From NCBI GenBank assembly GCA_963755235.1, contig CAVWJT010000003.1:37322-69321 (forward strand): a stretch of 32,000 bases of DNA. The letters are read 5' to 3'. Shown here in pieces: positions 1 to 7,551 of the stretch. Source of the DNA: an uncultured Acidimicrobiia bacterium. Lineage in GTDB: Bacteria > Actinomycetota > Acidimicrobiia > Acidimicrobiales > Ilumatobacteraceae. The notes below the pieces were generated by a model. The model worked only from the letters and a program-made list of their open reading frames with translations, made no database searches and was not told the DNA's origin. How positions within the stretch are numbered: the stretch's first letter is position 1; each line of letters begins with the position of its first letter. Made by a program: the position numbers and the translations under genes.

Positions 1-141
1 GTGACACCCCTTCGTCATGCTCGGTGACGTGCTCATCGAACGAACGCCGCCGATACACTCCCCCGGTCATGTTCACCCTGCCCCCGCCCAGGGGGCCCCG
101 GGAAGCTCAGGCCGACCGGGTCCGAAGGGAGGTTCACGCCC

Positions 142-474
142 ATGCTGCGTGCGTACGAATTGATGGTCATCATCGACGGGGACGTCGAGGATCCCAAGGC
201 TCAGTCCTGGGTCAAGACGGTGACCGATGGCATCGAGGCCGCTGGGGGTACCGTCCACGGCCGGCCCGATTGGTGGGGCAAGCGCCAGCTCGCCTACCCG
301 ATCAACCGTAAGGAGACCGGGTACTACCTGGTCGTCGAGACGGTCGCACCCGCCGGTTCGCTGAGTGAGCTCGAGCGAACGCTGCGTCTCGCGGACGAGG
401 TCGTCCGCCACAAGCTGATCCGCCTGCCCGAGGCCGAGGCCGAGCGCCGCGGCATGACCGGCACCGCCGCCTGA
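142..474 (+). CDS. rpsF: 30S ribosomal protein S6
   Basis: The 110-aa ORF 'MLRAYELMVIIDG...WGKRQLAYPINRKETGYY' is typical bS6. A GGGAGG Shine-Dalgarno lies just upstream of ATG 142. It is the first gene of the conserved rpsF-ssb-rpsR-rplI order. Confidence 0.95.
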   Translation: MLRAYELMVIIDGDVEDPKAQSWVKTVTDGIEAAGGTVHGRPDWWGKRQLAYPINRKETGYYLVVETVAPAGSLSELERTLRLADEVVRHKLIRLPEAEAERRGMTGTAA

Positions 475-504
475 CGCGGCATCCCGAGAGGAACCACCAA
501 CGCC

Positions 505-960
505 ATGGCAGACAACACCGTCACCCTCGTCGGCAACGTCACTCGCGATCCCGAGCTCCGCTACACGAGCGGCGGCCGCGGCGTCGCCAGCTTCGGCCTC
601 GCCGTCAACCGCCGTTACCAGGTCAACGGCGAGTGGCAGGAGCAGACTTCATTCTTCAACGTCACCGCGTGGGGCACGCTCGGCGAGAACGCCGCGGCCT
701 CGCTCAACAAGGGGACCCGCGTCGTCGTCTTCGGCCGCCTCGAGCAGCGGTCGTGGGAGACCCAGGAGGGCGACAAGCGCTCCGTCATCGAGGTCGTCGC
801 CGACGAGCTCGGCCCCAGTCTGCGCTGGGCGCAGGCGCACGTCGAGAAGACCGCCCGCACCTCCACGCCCGGCGAGGGCGGCCAGGCCGGCGCGCCGGTC
901 GGATCGGGCGGCGGCGCCCGCCCGCCGGACCCGGCGTACGGCGACGAGGAACCGTTCTGA
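505..960 (+). CDS. ssb: single-stranded DNA-binding protein
   Basis: An OB-fold N-terminus ('TLVGNVTRDPELRYTSGG...FFNVTAWG') is followed by a Gly/Pro-rich linker. The acidic C-terminal tip 'DEEPF' is typical of bacterial SSB. Confidence 0.95.
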   Translation: MADNTVTLVGNVTRDPELRYTSGGRGVASFGLAVNRRYQVNGEWQEQTSFFNVTAWGTLGENAAASLNKGTRVVVFGRLEQRSWETQEGDKRSVIEVVADELGPSLRWAQAHVEKTARTSTPGEGGQAGAPVGSGGGARPPDPAYGDEEPF

Positions 961-993
961 TCCCCCCGATCATCGACACGAGGTGAACGACTG

Positions 994-1449
994 ATGGCCA
1001 GCAAGAAGAACCGCGCCCGGGCGTCGAAGGACACGACCCAGCGCAAGTACAAGAAGAAGACCAGCGCCCTGATCACCGAGAAGGTCGAGTACGTCGACTA
1101 CAAGGACGTCGACCTCCTCTCGCGCTTCATGAGCGATCGGGCCAAGATCCGCAACCGGCGGGTCAGCGGCAATGACGTGCAGCAGCAGCGGGAGGTCGCC
1201 GGCGCGATCAAGATCGCCCGGGAGATGGCCCTGTTGCCGTACGCCCGGCGCGTCGCCACGCAGCGCACCCGGCCACCGCGAGACGGCCGCCCGGGACGGG
1301 AGCGCGACCTCGAAAGTCCGGCTGCGGCGCCGGAGGCAGCCGAGGCGGCCGAGCCCGTCGAGCAGGACGCGGTCGAGGTCGAGGAGCGCAGCGAGGCCGT
1401 GGCTCCGGGCGGCGCCGAGTCCGCGGCGGACACCGAGGAGGTGCGGTGA
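994..1449 (+). CDS. rpsR: 30S ribosomal protein S18 with about 70-aa acidic Ala/Glu-rich C-terminal extension
   Basis: The S18 core is '[52 protein letters not shown]'. The ORF then continues with high GC3 to TGA 1447-1449, which overlaps the rplI GTG (GTGA). Confidence 0.9.
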   Translation: MASKKNRARASKDTTQRKYKKKTSALITEKVEYVDYKDVDLLSRFMSDRAKIRNRRVSGNDVQQQREVAGAIKIAREMALLPYARRVATQRTRPPRDGRPGRERDLESPAAAPEAAEAAEPVEQDAVEVEERSEAVAPGGAESAADTEEVR

Positions 1450-1889
1450 AGCTGATCCTCCGGGCGGACGTCGACGGACTCGGCAAACGGGGTGACATCG
1501 TCGACGTCGCCGATGGTTACGGCCGCAACTACCTGCTGCCGCGCGGCATGGCCTTCGTGGCCACGTCCGGCGCCGTCGACCAGGCGGCCAAGATGCGCCG
1601 GGCACGCGATCTCCGCGACGCCAACGACCGGGAGGCCGCCCAGACCGTCGCCACCACACTGGTCCCGAAGGTGATCACGGTCGCCGCGAAGGCCGGGCGA
1701 GAGGGTCGCCTGTTCGGGTCGATCACCACCGCCGACGTGGTCGATGCGGTGCGCGAGCAGACCGGCATCGAGCTCGAGCGCCGACAGCTGGACAGCGAGC
1801 CGATCAAGACCGTCGGCCAGCACGTGGTCACCGCGAGGCTGCACGCCGACGTGGCCTTTCCGATCACGATCGACGTCGTCACGGCGTAA
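1446..1889 (+). CDS. rplI: 50S ribosomal protein L9
   Basis: '[36 protein letters not shown]' is the canonical bL9 N-terminus. The 147-aa length fits. GTG 1446 overlaps the rpsR stop by 4 nt. Confidence 0.95.
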   Translation: MKLILRADVDGLGKRGDIVDVADGYGRNYLLPRGMAFVATSGAVDQAAKMRRARDLRDANDREAAQTVATTLVPKVITVAAKAGREGRLFGSITTADVVDAVREQTGIELERRQLDSEPIKTVGQHVVTARLHADVAFPITIDVVTA

Positions 1890-1906
1890 GCATGCGGGGC
1901 TGGGTG

Positions 1907-1979
1907 ATGTCCACAGCCTCGTCCACACGATTCCCGGGGTTTCCCACACGTTTCGCTGCTCGTCCACTGGCGGCCCACA
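1907..1979 (+). promoter_or_regulatory. cluster of five same-orientation DnaA-box-like 9-mers in the rplI-dnaB spacer
   Basis: The 9-mers are ATGTCCACA (1907-1915), TCGTCCACA (1919-1927), TTTCCCACA (1940-1948), TCGTCCACT (1960-1968) and CGGCCCACA (1971-1979). They match the actinobacterial DnaA-box consensus TTGTCCACA at 8, 8, 7, 7 and 6 of 9 positions. Function is not shown. Confidence 0.3.
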
Positions 1980-2003
1980 AGGACGGCCTGGGAGGGTGAC
2001 CCG

Positions 2004-5000
2004 ATGGACCGGCGGGACGATCGGCGGACTGACCGGGCAGGGTCCCACCGCGTTGGGAGCCGCGTCCCGCCCCACAACCTGCAGGCCGAGGAGTCGGTGC
2101 TCGGGGCCCTGTTGCTGTCCCGCGACGCGATCGGCGCCGTCAGCGAGGCGGGCCTGCGGCCGGACGAGTTCTACAAGCCGGGCCACCAGCACATCTTCGA
2201 CGCGATCCGGGCCCTGTACTCGTCCGGCGCGCCCGTCGACACGATCACCGTCGCCGACGAGCTGCGCCGAGCCGGTCTGCTCGACCAGGTAGGCGGTACC
2301 GAGGCGCTGCACACGTTGCAGAACGCCACACCGGCAATCTCCAACGCCGCCCATTACGCCCGCATCGTGCAGGACACGGCGATCCTGCGCCGGCTCATCC
2401 ACGTCGCGGGCGACATCGCCGAGCTGGCGTATGGCGAGCCCGACGACGTCACCAAGGCGGTCGACGAGGCCGAGACGAGGGTCTTCAAGGTGGCCGAGGA
2501 GCGGGTCGCCGACTCGACCCAACTGCTCAGCGAGTCGATCAAGGGCGTGATGGATCGCCTCGAGGAGACCTTCGCCCGCGGCGACATCATCACCGGCACG
2601 GCGACGGGCTACCACGACGTCGACGAGTTGCTCTCCGGGTTGCAGCCGTCGACGTTGAACATCGTCGGTTCCCGGCCGGCGATGGGCAAGTGTGTCGCGT
2701 GGGACACCCCGATGGTCGACAGCACCACCGGGGAGGTGGTCACGGCGCTCGAACTGGTCGATCGCACCGCCGCCCGCGGTGCGCTCACGGTGCGGGCGCT
2801 CGGTCTCGACGGGCGCCAACGTGAGGCGCGCGTCGCCACCTGCGTCGACGACGGGGTGAAGCCGGTGTTCACGGTGCACACCTGGTCGGGCCGGCGGGTC
2901 ACGATCACCGCGTCGCACCCGTTGCTCACGGCCAAGGGATGGCGCCGCCTCGGCGAGATCGCAATCGGCGAGCTGATCGCCGTTCCCACCAACCTGCCCG
3001 TGTTCGGCTACACCGAGCTGACCGACCCCGAGCTCGAGCGGCTGGCCCACCACACCGCGGGCGCCGGCGTGGTCGGCCAGGGCATTCCGCCGATCGTGTT
3101 CACGCTCCGCCGGCCGCAAGTGGCGCGCTTCTTGAACCGCGTGTTCGGGCTCGGCGCGAGGGCGTGCGTGAGTCACTGTGGCGTCGCCCGCATCGAGTAC
3201 ACCGCCGCCAACGAGCAACTCGGCCGCGACGTGTTCCACCTCCTCGTGCGGTTCGGAATCAGGGCCAAGCTGCGCGAGCGGGAGACGGGTTACAACCGGG
3301 GTCGGCGCCGGCTGTTCGAGATCACCGTCCTCGATCCCCGGTCGCTCGTGCGGTTCTGCGACGAGGTCGGCATCGCCGGCCAGGAGCACGCCGTCGCCCA
3401 CGTCCGCACGGTCGCCGCGGCGGCGATACCCGGGAGCGTCACCGACTGCGTTCCCGCCGAGGCCTGGAGCGATGTGGTCAAGGCGCTCGAGGTCGCCGGG
3501 GGATTGTCGTGGGAGGAGGTCAATCGGCGCTGCGGCCGGCCGGCGACCCACAGCTGGCACGCTGGCCGGGGTCGGCTCAGCCGCAAGGACCTCGTCGAGC
3601 TCGCCGAGGCGCTCGACGACGACCAGTTGCGCTGGTGGGCGTCGCCGGATGTCGAGTGGGACCGCGTCGTCGACATCGTCTCCGCCGGCCCGACCCGGGT
3701 CGTCGACTTCGAGGTGCCCCGCCTCCACAACTTCGTCGCCGCCGACATCTTCCTCCACAACACCGCCTTCGGCCTCGGCATGGCGACGCATGTCGCCCAG
3801 ACCACCGGGCGACCGGTGCTGGTGTTCTCACTGGAGATGGGGCACAACGAGCTGACCCAGCGGATCCTGGCCAGCGAAGCCCGGGTCGACTCGATGAAGA
3901 TGCGCAACGGACGGCTGAGCGAGTCCGACTGGGCCAAGATCGGCCGGGCCATCGGCCGGCTCGAGGTGCCGCTCTTCCTCGACGACAATCCGCGGGTCAC
4001 GGTGATGGAGATCCGGGCCAAGGCCCGCCGCCTCAAGGCCCGCCACGGCGAGCTCGCCCTCATCGTCGTCGACTACCTGCAGCTGATGAGCGGCGGCGGC
4101 ACGGCCGAGAACCGCCAGCTCGAGGTGAGTGAGATCAGCCGCAACCTCAAGATCCTGGCCCGGGAGATGGAGGTGCCGATCGTCGCCCTCAGCCAGCTCA
4201 GCCGGAACCTGGAGTCTCGCTCCGACAAGCGGCCGATGCTCTCGGACCTGCGGGAATCCGGCTGTCTCACCGCCGATACCCGCCTCGTGCGCGCCGACAC
4301 GAACGCCGAGATCACGCTCGGCGAGCTCGTCGAGGGGGGCGTTCGGGACATCCCGGTCTGGTCGCTCGACGAGCGGTACCGGTTGGTTCCTGGACAACTC
4401 GTCCGGGCGTTCCCGAGCGGGGTCAAGGACGTCGTTCGCATCCGGCTCGCCTCGGGCCGGTTCGTGGACGCCAGCGGCAACCACCCGTTCCTCACGGTGG
4501 AGGGCTGGAAGCGGGTCGAGTCGCTGACCGTGGGGGACTGCATCGCCGCCACCCGGGGCGCGGGGGAGGCGAACCGAGCGGGCCGCGACGGGGATGTCGT
4601 CCCGGCCGCCGTCTGGGAGCACGTGCGCCGGAAGACGCTGCCGACCGCGGACGAGACCGCCTGGCAGCTGGCCTCGAGGTTGGCGACGCTGTTCCACGGG
4701 CCGGCTCGCACCCGGTCGGGAATGTCGCGCGAGTTGCTGCTCCGGCTGGCCGCCGTCACGGGGGACGTGTGGCTGCACGATCTGGCGACCGCCGACGTGT
4801 GCTGGGACCGGGTCGTGGAGATCTCGTCGCGCGGTGCCCAGCCGGTGTTCGACGCCACGGTCGAGCCGACGCACAACTTCGTCGCCAACGGGATCGTCGC
4901 CCACAACTCGCTCGAGCAGGACGCCGACGTCGTGATGTTCCTCTACCGCGACGAGGTGTACAACAGCGAGTCACCGGACAAGGGCGCCGCCGAGGTGATC

Positions 5001-5093
5001 ATCGCCAAGCACCGCTCCGGGCCGATCGGTACCCGGCGCCTGGTGTTCCTCGGCCAGTACACCCGCTTCGACAACGCGGCTCGCGGCGTCTGA
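2004..5093 (+). CDS. dnaB: replicative DNA helicase DnaB, precursor containing two inteins (exteins sum to 457 aa)
   Basis: The N-terminal domain is 'PPHNLQAEESVLGALLLS'. Walker A 'GSRPAMGK|T' is split by intein 1. 'LIVVDYLQLM' and 'SQLSR' are present, and 'LSDLRESG|SLEQDADVVMFLYRDEVY' is split by intein 2. One open frame of 1029 aa spans all of it. Confidence 0.95.
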   Translation: MDRRDDRRTDRAGSHRVGSRVPPHNLQAEESVLGALLLSRDAIGAVSEAGLRPDEFYKPGHQHIFDAIRALYSSGAPVDTITVADELRRAGLLDQVGGTEALHTLQNATPAISNAAHYARIVQDTAILRRLIHVAGDIAELAYGEPDDVTKAVDEAETRVFKVAEERVADSTQLLSESIKGVMDRLEETFARGDIITGTATGYHDVDELLSGLQPSTLNIVGSRPAMGKCVAWDTPMVDSTTGEVVTALELVDRTAARGALTVRALGLDGRQREARVATCVDDGVKPVFTVHTWSGRRVTITASHPLLTAKGWRRLGEIAIGELIAVPTNLPVFGYTELTDPELERLAHHTAGAGVVGQGIPPIVFTLRRPQVARFLNRVFGLGARACVSHCGVARIEYTAANEQLGRDVFHLLVRFGIRAKLRERETGYNRGRRRLFEITVLDPRSLVRFCDEVGIAGQEHAVAHVRTVAAAAIPGSVTDCVPAEAWSDVVKALEVAGGLSWEEVNRRCGRPATHSWHAGRGRLSRKDLVELAEALDDDQLRWWASPDVEWDRVVDIVSAGPTRVVDFEVPRLHNFVAADIFLHNTAFGLGMATHVAQTTGRPVLVFSLEMGHNELTQRILASEARVDSMKMRNGRLSESDWAKIGRAIGRLEVPLFLDDNPRVTVMEIRAKARRLKARHGELALIVVDYLQLMSGGGTAENRQLEVSEISRNLKILAREMEVPIVALSQLSRNLESRSDKRPMLSDLRESGCLTADTRLVRADTNAEITLGELVEGGVRDIPVWSLDERYRLVPGQLVRAFPSGVKDVVRIRLASGRFVDASGNHPFLTVEGWKRVESLTVGDCIAATRGAGEANRAGRDGDVVPAAVWEHVRRKTLPTADETAWQLASRLATLFHGPARTRSGMSRELLLRLAAVTGDVWLHDLATADVCWDRVVEISSRGAQPVFDATVEPTHNFVANGIVAHNSLEQDADVVMFLYRDEVYNSESPDKGAAEVIIAKHRSGPIGTRRLVFLGQYTRFDNAARGV
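2691..3761 (+). mobile_element. DnaB intein 1 (357 aa) in the Walker-A P-loop, with degenerate LAGLIDADG-type endonuclease region
   Basis: It starts with Cys ('CVAWDT'), has block B 'TITASHPLL' (TxxH), and ends 'HNFVAADIFLHN' followed by the +1 Thr of GK|T. The central blocks 'LERLAHHTAGAGVVG' and 'ARFLNRVFGLGARAC' resemble LAGLIDADG motifs but lack the acidic residues. Confidence 0.9.
4263..4907 (+). mobile_element. DnaB intein 2 (215 aa) at the RESG|S site, mini-intein-like with no endonuclease motifs
   Basis: It starts 'CLTADTRLV', has block B 'GNHPFLTVEGWKRVESL', and ends 'THNFVANGIVAHN' before +1 Ser. The blocks parallel the Synechocystis DnaB mini-intein (…ANHRFLTIDGWKRLDEL…HNFVANDIIVHN|S). 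An unassigned linker of about 80 aa sits between them. Confidence 0.9.
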
Positions 5094-5113
5094 CGGTTTT
5101 CCCTGGGTTGGGG

Positions 5114-5782
5114 TCACACGAGGCGGACCTCGACCCCGCCGACCGTGCAGGTCTCTCCGGCGCGGGACCGGTCGGCAGCCACGAGATCGAGGCCGTCGAC
5201 GCCCTCGCCGCGGTCGCTGGCCGGGACGAACCGGACCGCGTGGTCGAGACGAACGCCCGCCCAGGTCGCGCGCATCTCGGCCGGGTCATTGGCGCCGACG
5301 GTGATCCCGGCGATGCCGGTCACCACGTCGGTGTCGGCGTGAGCGGTCCACGCCCCGGCCCAGGGCCACGATCCGTTCGGGACCGGTTGGTCGATCGACA
5401 CGATCGCCCCACCGATGTCACGGGGATGCAGGTGCCGGGCGCGCACGTCCGGCCGGTCGATGCTCCAGACGGTCCTGATCCCAGCTTTCTCGAGCTCGCC
5501 AAGCCGGTCGTCGATGTCGTCGACCTCGAAGATCGCCATGTAGCCGCCATCCCCGCCGCGACGATCGAGCAGCCGGCCGGCGGTCGTCCCTTCCTGAGTC
5601 GGCGCGACCACCTCGAGGAACTGGTCGCCGATCGTCATCAGGGCGTTGTGCAGGCCGAATGTGGCGATGCCGGGGTCCCGGAAGCAGACTTCCAGCCCGA
5701 ACTGCTCGCAGAAGGACTCGACCACCAGGTCAAGGTCGCGAGCGACGAGGGCCACCTGGCGCAATCTGATCACGTCCTGCAC
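5114..5782 (-). CDS. VOC (glyoxalase/bleomycin-resistance/dioxygenase-like) family protein
   Basis: The conserved part starts 'VIRLRQVALVARDLDLVVESFCEQFGL…GGYMAIFEVDDID'. GTG starts at 5782 or 5773 are both possible, and AAGGTG precedes 5773. The Arg-rich upstream part of the 326-aa ORF looks non-coding. Confidence 0.75.
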   Translation of the reverse strand: MQDVIRLRQVALVARDLDLVVESFCEQFGLEVCFRDPGIATFGLHNALMTIGDQFLEVVAPTQEGTTAGRLLDRRGGDGGYMAIFEVDDIDDRLGELEKAGIRTVWSIDRPDVRARHLHPRDIGGAIVSIDQPVPNGSWPWAGAWTAHADTDVVTGIAGITVGANDPAEMRATWAGVRLDHAVRFVPASDRGEGVDGLDLVAADRSRAGETCTVGGVEVRLV

Positions 5783-5817
5783 CTTACGATGCCGCCGCGC
5801 ACCGCCATGATGGGGCG

Positions 5818-6027
5818 ATGTTCCTGGGCGACGACCTCCTGGCCTGGCTGGTGCTCGCGCTCGGTGGCGCGTTGCTCGTCGGCAACGTGGCGGCGATCGT
5901 CCGGCCGCCGGAACGACCGCTGGAGGAGGGTGCGCTCGAGCGCGCGCCCGTCGCACGCAGTGTGGTGATGGCCGTCGTCGGCCTGGTCGCGGCGGTGTGG
6001 GCGCTGGCGTCGTTGCTCGCCGGATGA
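5818..6027 (+). CDS. small hypothetical membrane protein (69 aa, two predicted TM helices)
   Basis: It has an ATG start and very high GC3. Two hydrophobic stretches ('LLAWLVLALGGALLVGNVAAIV' and 'VVMAVVGLVAAVWALASLLA') are present. It fills the gap between the VOC gene and the kinase. There is no recognisable family. Confidence 0.5.
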   Translation: MFLGDDLLAWLVLALGGALLVGNVAAIVRPPERPLEEGALERAPVARSVVMAVVGLVAAVWALASLLAG

Positions 6028-6074
6028 GGGGCCCGCGGCCCACGCCGGTCCTGGCGGACCTAGGTTGATCGCTG

Positions 6075-7548
6075 GTGGAGCCGGTGATCGCCAACCGCTA
6101 CCAGCTCGGTCGGCTCCTCGGGGCCGGGGGCATGGCGCGGGTCGTCGCCGCCCGCGATCTGCGTCTCGCTCGTCCGGTCGCGATCAAGCTGGTGCCGGTC
6201 GCCGGGATCGACCGCGCCGGGCGGGAGCGCTTCGTGCGCGAGGCGCGGTCGGCGGCGGGGTTCGCGCACCCGGACGCGGTGGCCGTGTACGACGCCGGGG
6301 AGTCCGACGGCTACCTCTTCCTCGTGATGGAGCTCGTCGACGGATCGTCGTTGGCGGAGCGGCTGGCGGAACGAGGCCGACTGGACGTCGACGAGGCGCT
6401 GCGCATCACCCGCCGCGTGCTGGCCGCGCTCGGCGCAGCTCATCAGGCGGGCATCGTCCATCGCGACGTGAAGCCGGCCAACGTCCTGCTCGGTGCCGCC
6501 GGCGAGGTGAAGCTCGCCGACTTCGGCATCGCCAAGCGACTCGGCGACATCGCCGCCGACGTGACCAGCAGCGGTCAGTTCGTCGGCACTCCCAAGTACC
6601 TGGCGCCGGAGCAGGTGGTGGGCGAGCGGTCCACCCCGGCGACGGACCTGTACGCCGTCGGGGTCGTGTTGTACGAGATGCTCGCCGGTCGGCCGCCGTA
6701 CGACGCCGGCAATCCGATGGCGACGGCGATCGCCCATCGGGATGCTCCGATCCCGGATCTTCACCGGGCCCGGCCCGACCTGCCCGCGCCCGTGGTCGCC
6801 GTGGTCCGCCGGGCGATGGCCAAACGTCCTGCCGAGCGGTTCGGATCGGCGGCGGAGATGACGGCCGCCCTGGTCTCGCCGCCGGCAGCGGCCCGGCCCT
6901 CCGCAGTGCCGGCGCCGGCACCGGTTCGATCGTCCGGTCCGTCGCCCGCCCGGAAGCCCGAGCCCACCGCAGGTCATGGTCGCGCCACCGTTCCGCCGGC
7001 CGAAGGCGTGGTGGTGGGCGGCGGCCGCGGGTGTCGCCGTCGGTGGTGGGGTCGCTCTCGCCGTCGCTCAGCGGGACGACCCGCCAGACGTCTCGGCAGG
7101 TCCGCTCGGAACCGGGTCGCTGGTGACGACGACCGTCGCCCCAACCACGACCGTCGCCCCGACCACGACGCTCGCTCCAACGACGACGACGTCGCCCCGA
7201 CGACGACGGTCGCCCCGACGACGCCGCCACCGACGTTGCCGCCGTTGCCGGACACGATCGAGGAGCTCATCGCCTGGCTCGAGGCGGACCTCGGCTCGCT
7301 TCGGCCGGCAGGCACCCGAACTTCCTGGATGAGCTCCGCAAGGTCGAGGAGGAGAACGGGCGGAAGCAGGCTGATCGCGCCGAGGAGCTGCTCAGGCAGA
7401 CGGACGGACTGGGTCGACGACGGCGAGCTGTCCGGCGAGCTGGCGCCGATCGCCGAGGCTGCTGCTCCTCCCGATCGCGGACGGATCCGGCGACGACGAC
7501 GGCAACGGCGACGACAACACGGTCCGGGCAACGGGCGAGGACGACTGA
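6075..7548 (+). pseudogene. transmembrane Ser/Thr protein kinase (PknB-like topology); C-terminal third is readable only with about five frame switches
   Basis: The kinase motifs are intact in the starting frame: 'GAGGMARV', 'VAIK', 'HRDVKPANVLL', 'DFGIAK', 'GTPKYLAPE'. The TM helix 'RRPKAWWWAAAAGVAVGGGVALAVA' and the TTTVAP linker are in frame +1. Later conserved-looking segments alternate frames, and the likely true stop is TGA 7546-7548. The unshifted frame stays open to 7649 but reads Arg-rich nonsense. Confidence 0.8.
7126..7250 (+). repeat. imperfect 18-nt tandem repeat encoding Thr/Pro-rich linker (TTTVAP units) of the kinase
   Basis: The units are ACGACGACCGTCGCCCCA / ACCACGACCGTCGCCCCG / ACCACGACGCTCGCTCCA / ACGACGACGAC-GTCGCCCCG / ACGACGACGGTCGCCCCG. 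The reading frame changes inside the ACG run near 7188-7192. Confidence 0.8.
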
Positions 7549-7551
7549 CGG

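Noticed and set aside
1-70. A possible minus-strand gene start (ATG at 70-68, 'MTGGVYRRRSFDEHVTEHDEGVS…') running off the left edge.
   Set aside because: Only 23 codons are visible and no motif is recognisable, so it cannot be supported.
1098-3791. An 897-aa minus-strand ORF opposite rpsR, rplI and dnaB.
   Set aside because: It is antisense to genes with unmistakable ribosomal and helicase motifs. It has Arg/Gly/Asp-rich low-complexity composition and no family motifs. It is a typical high-GC shadow ORF.
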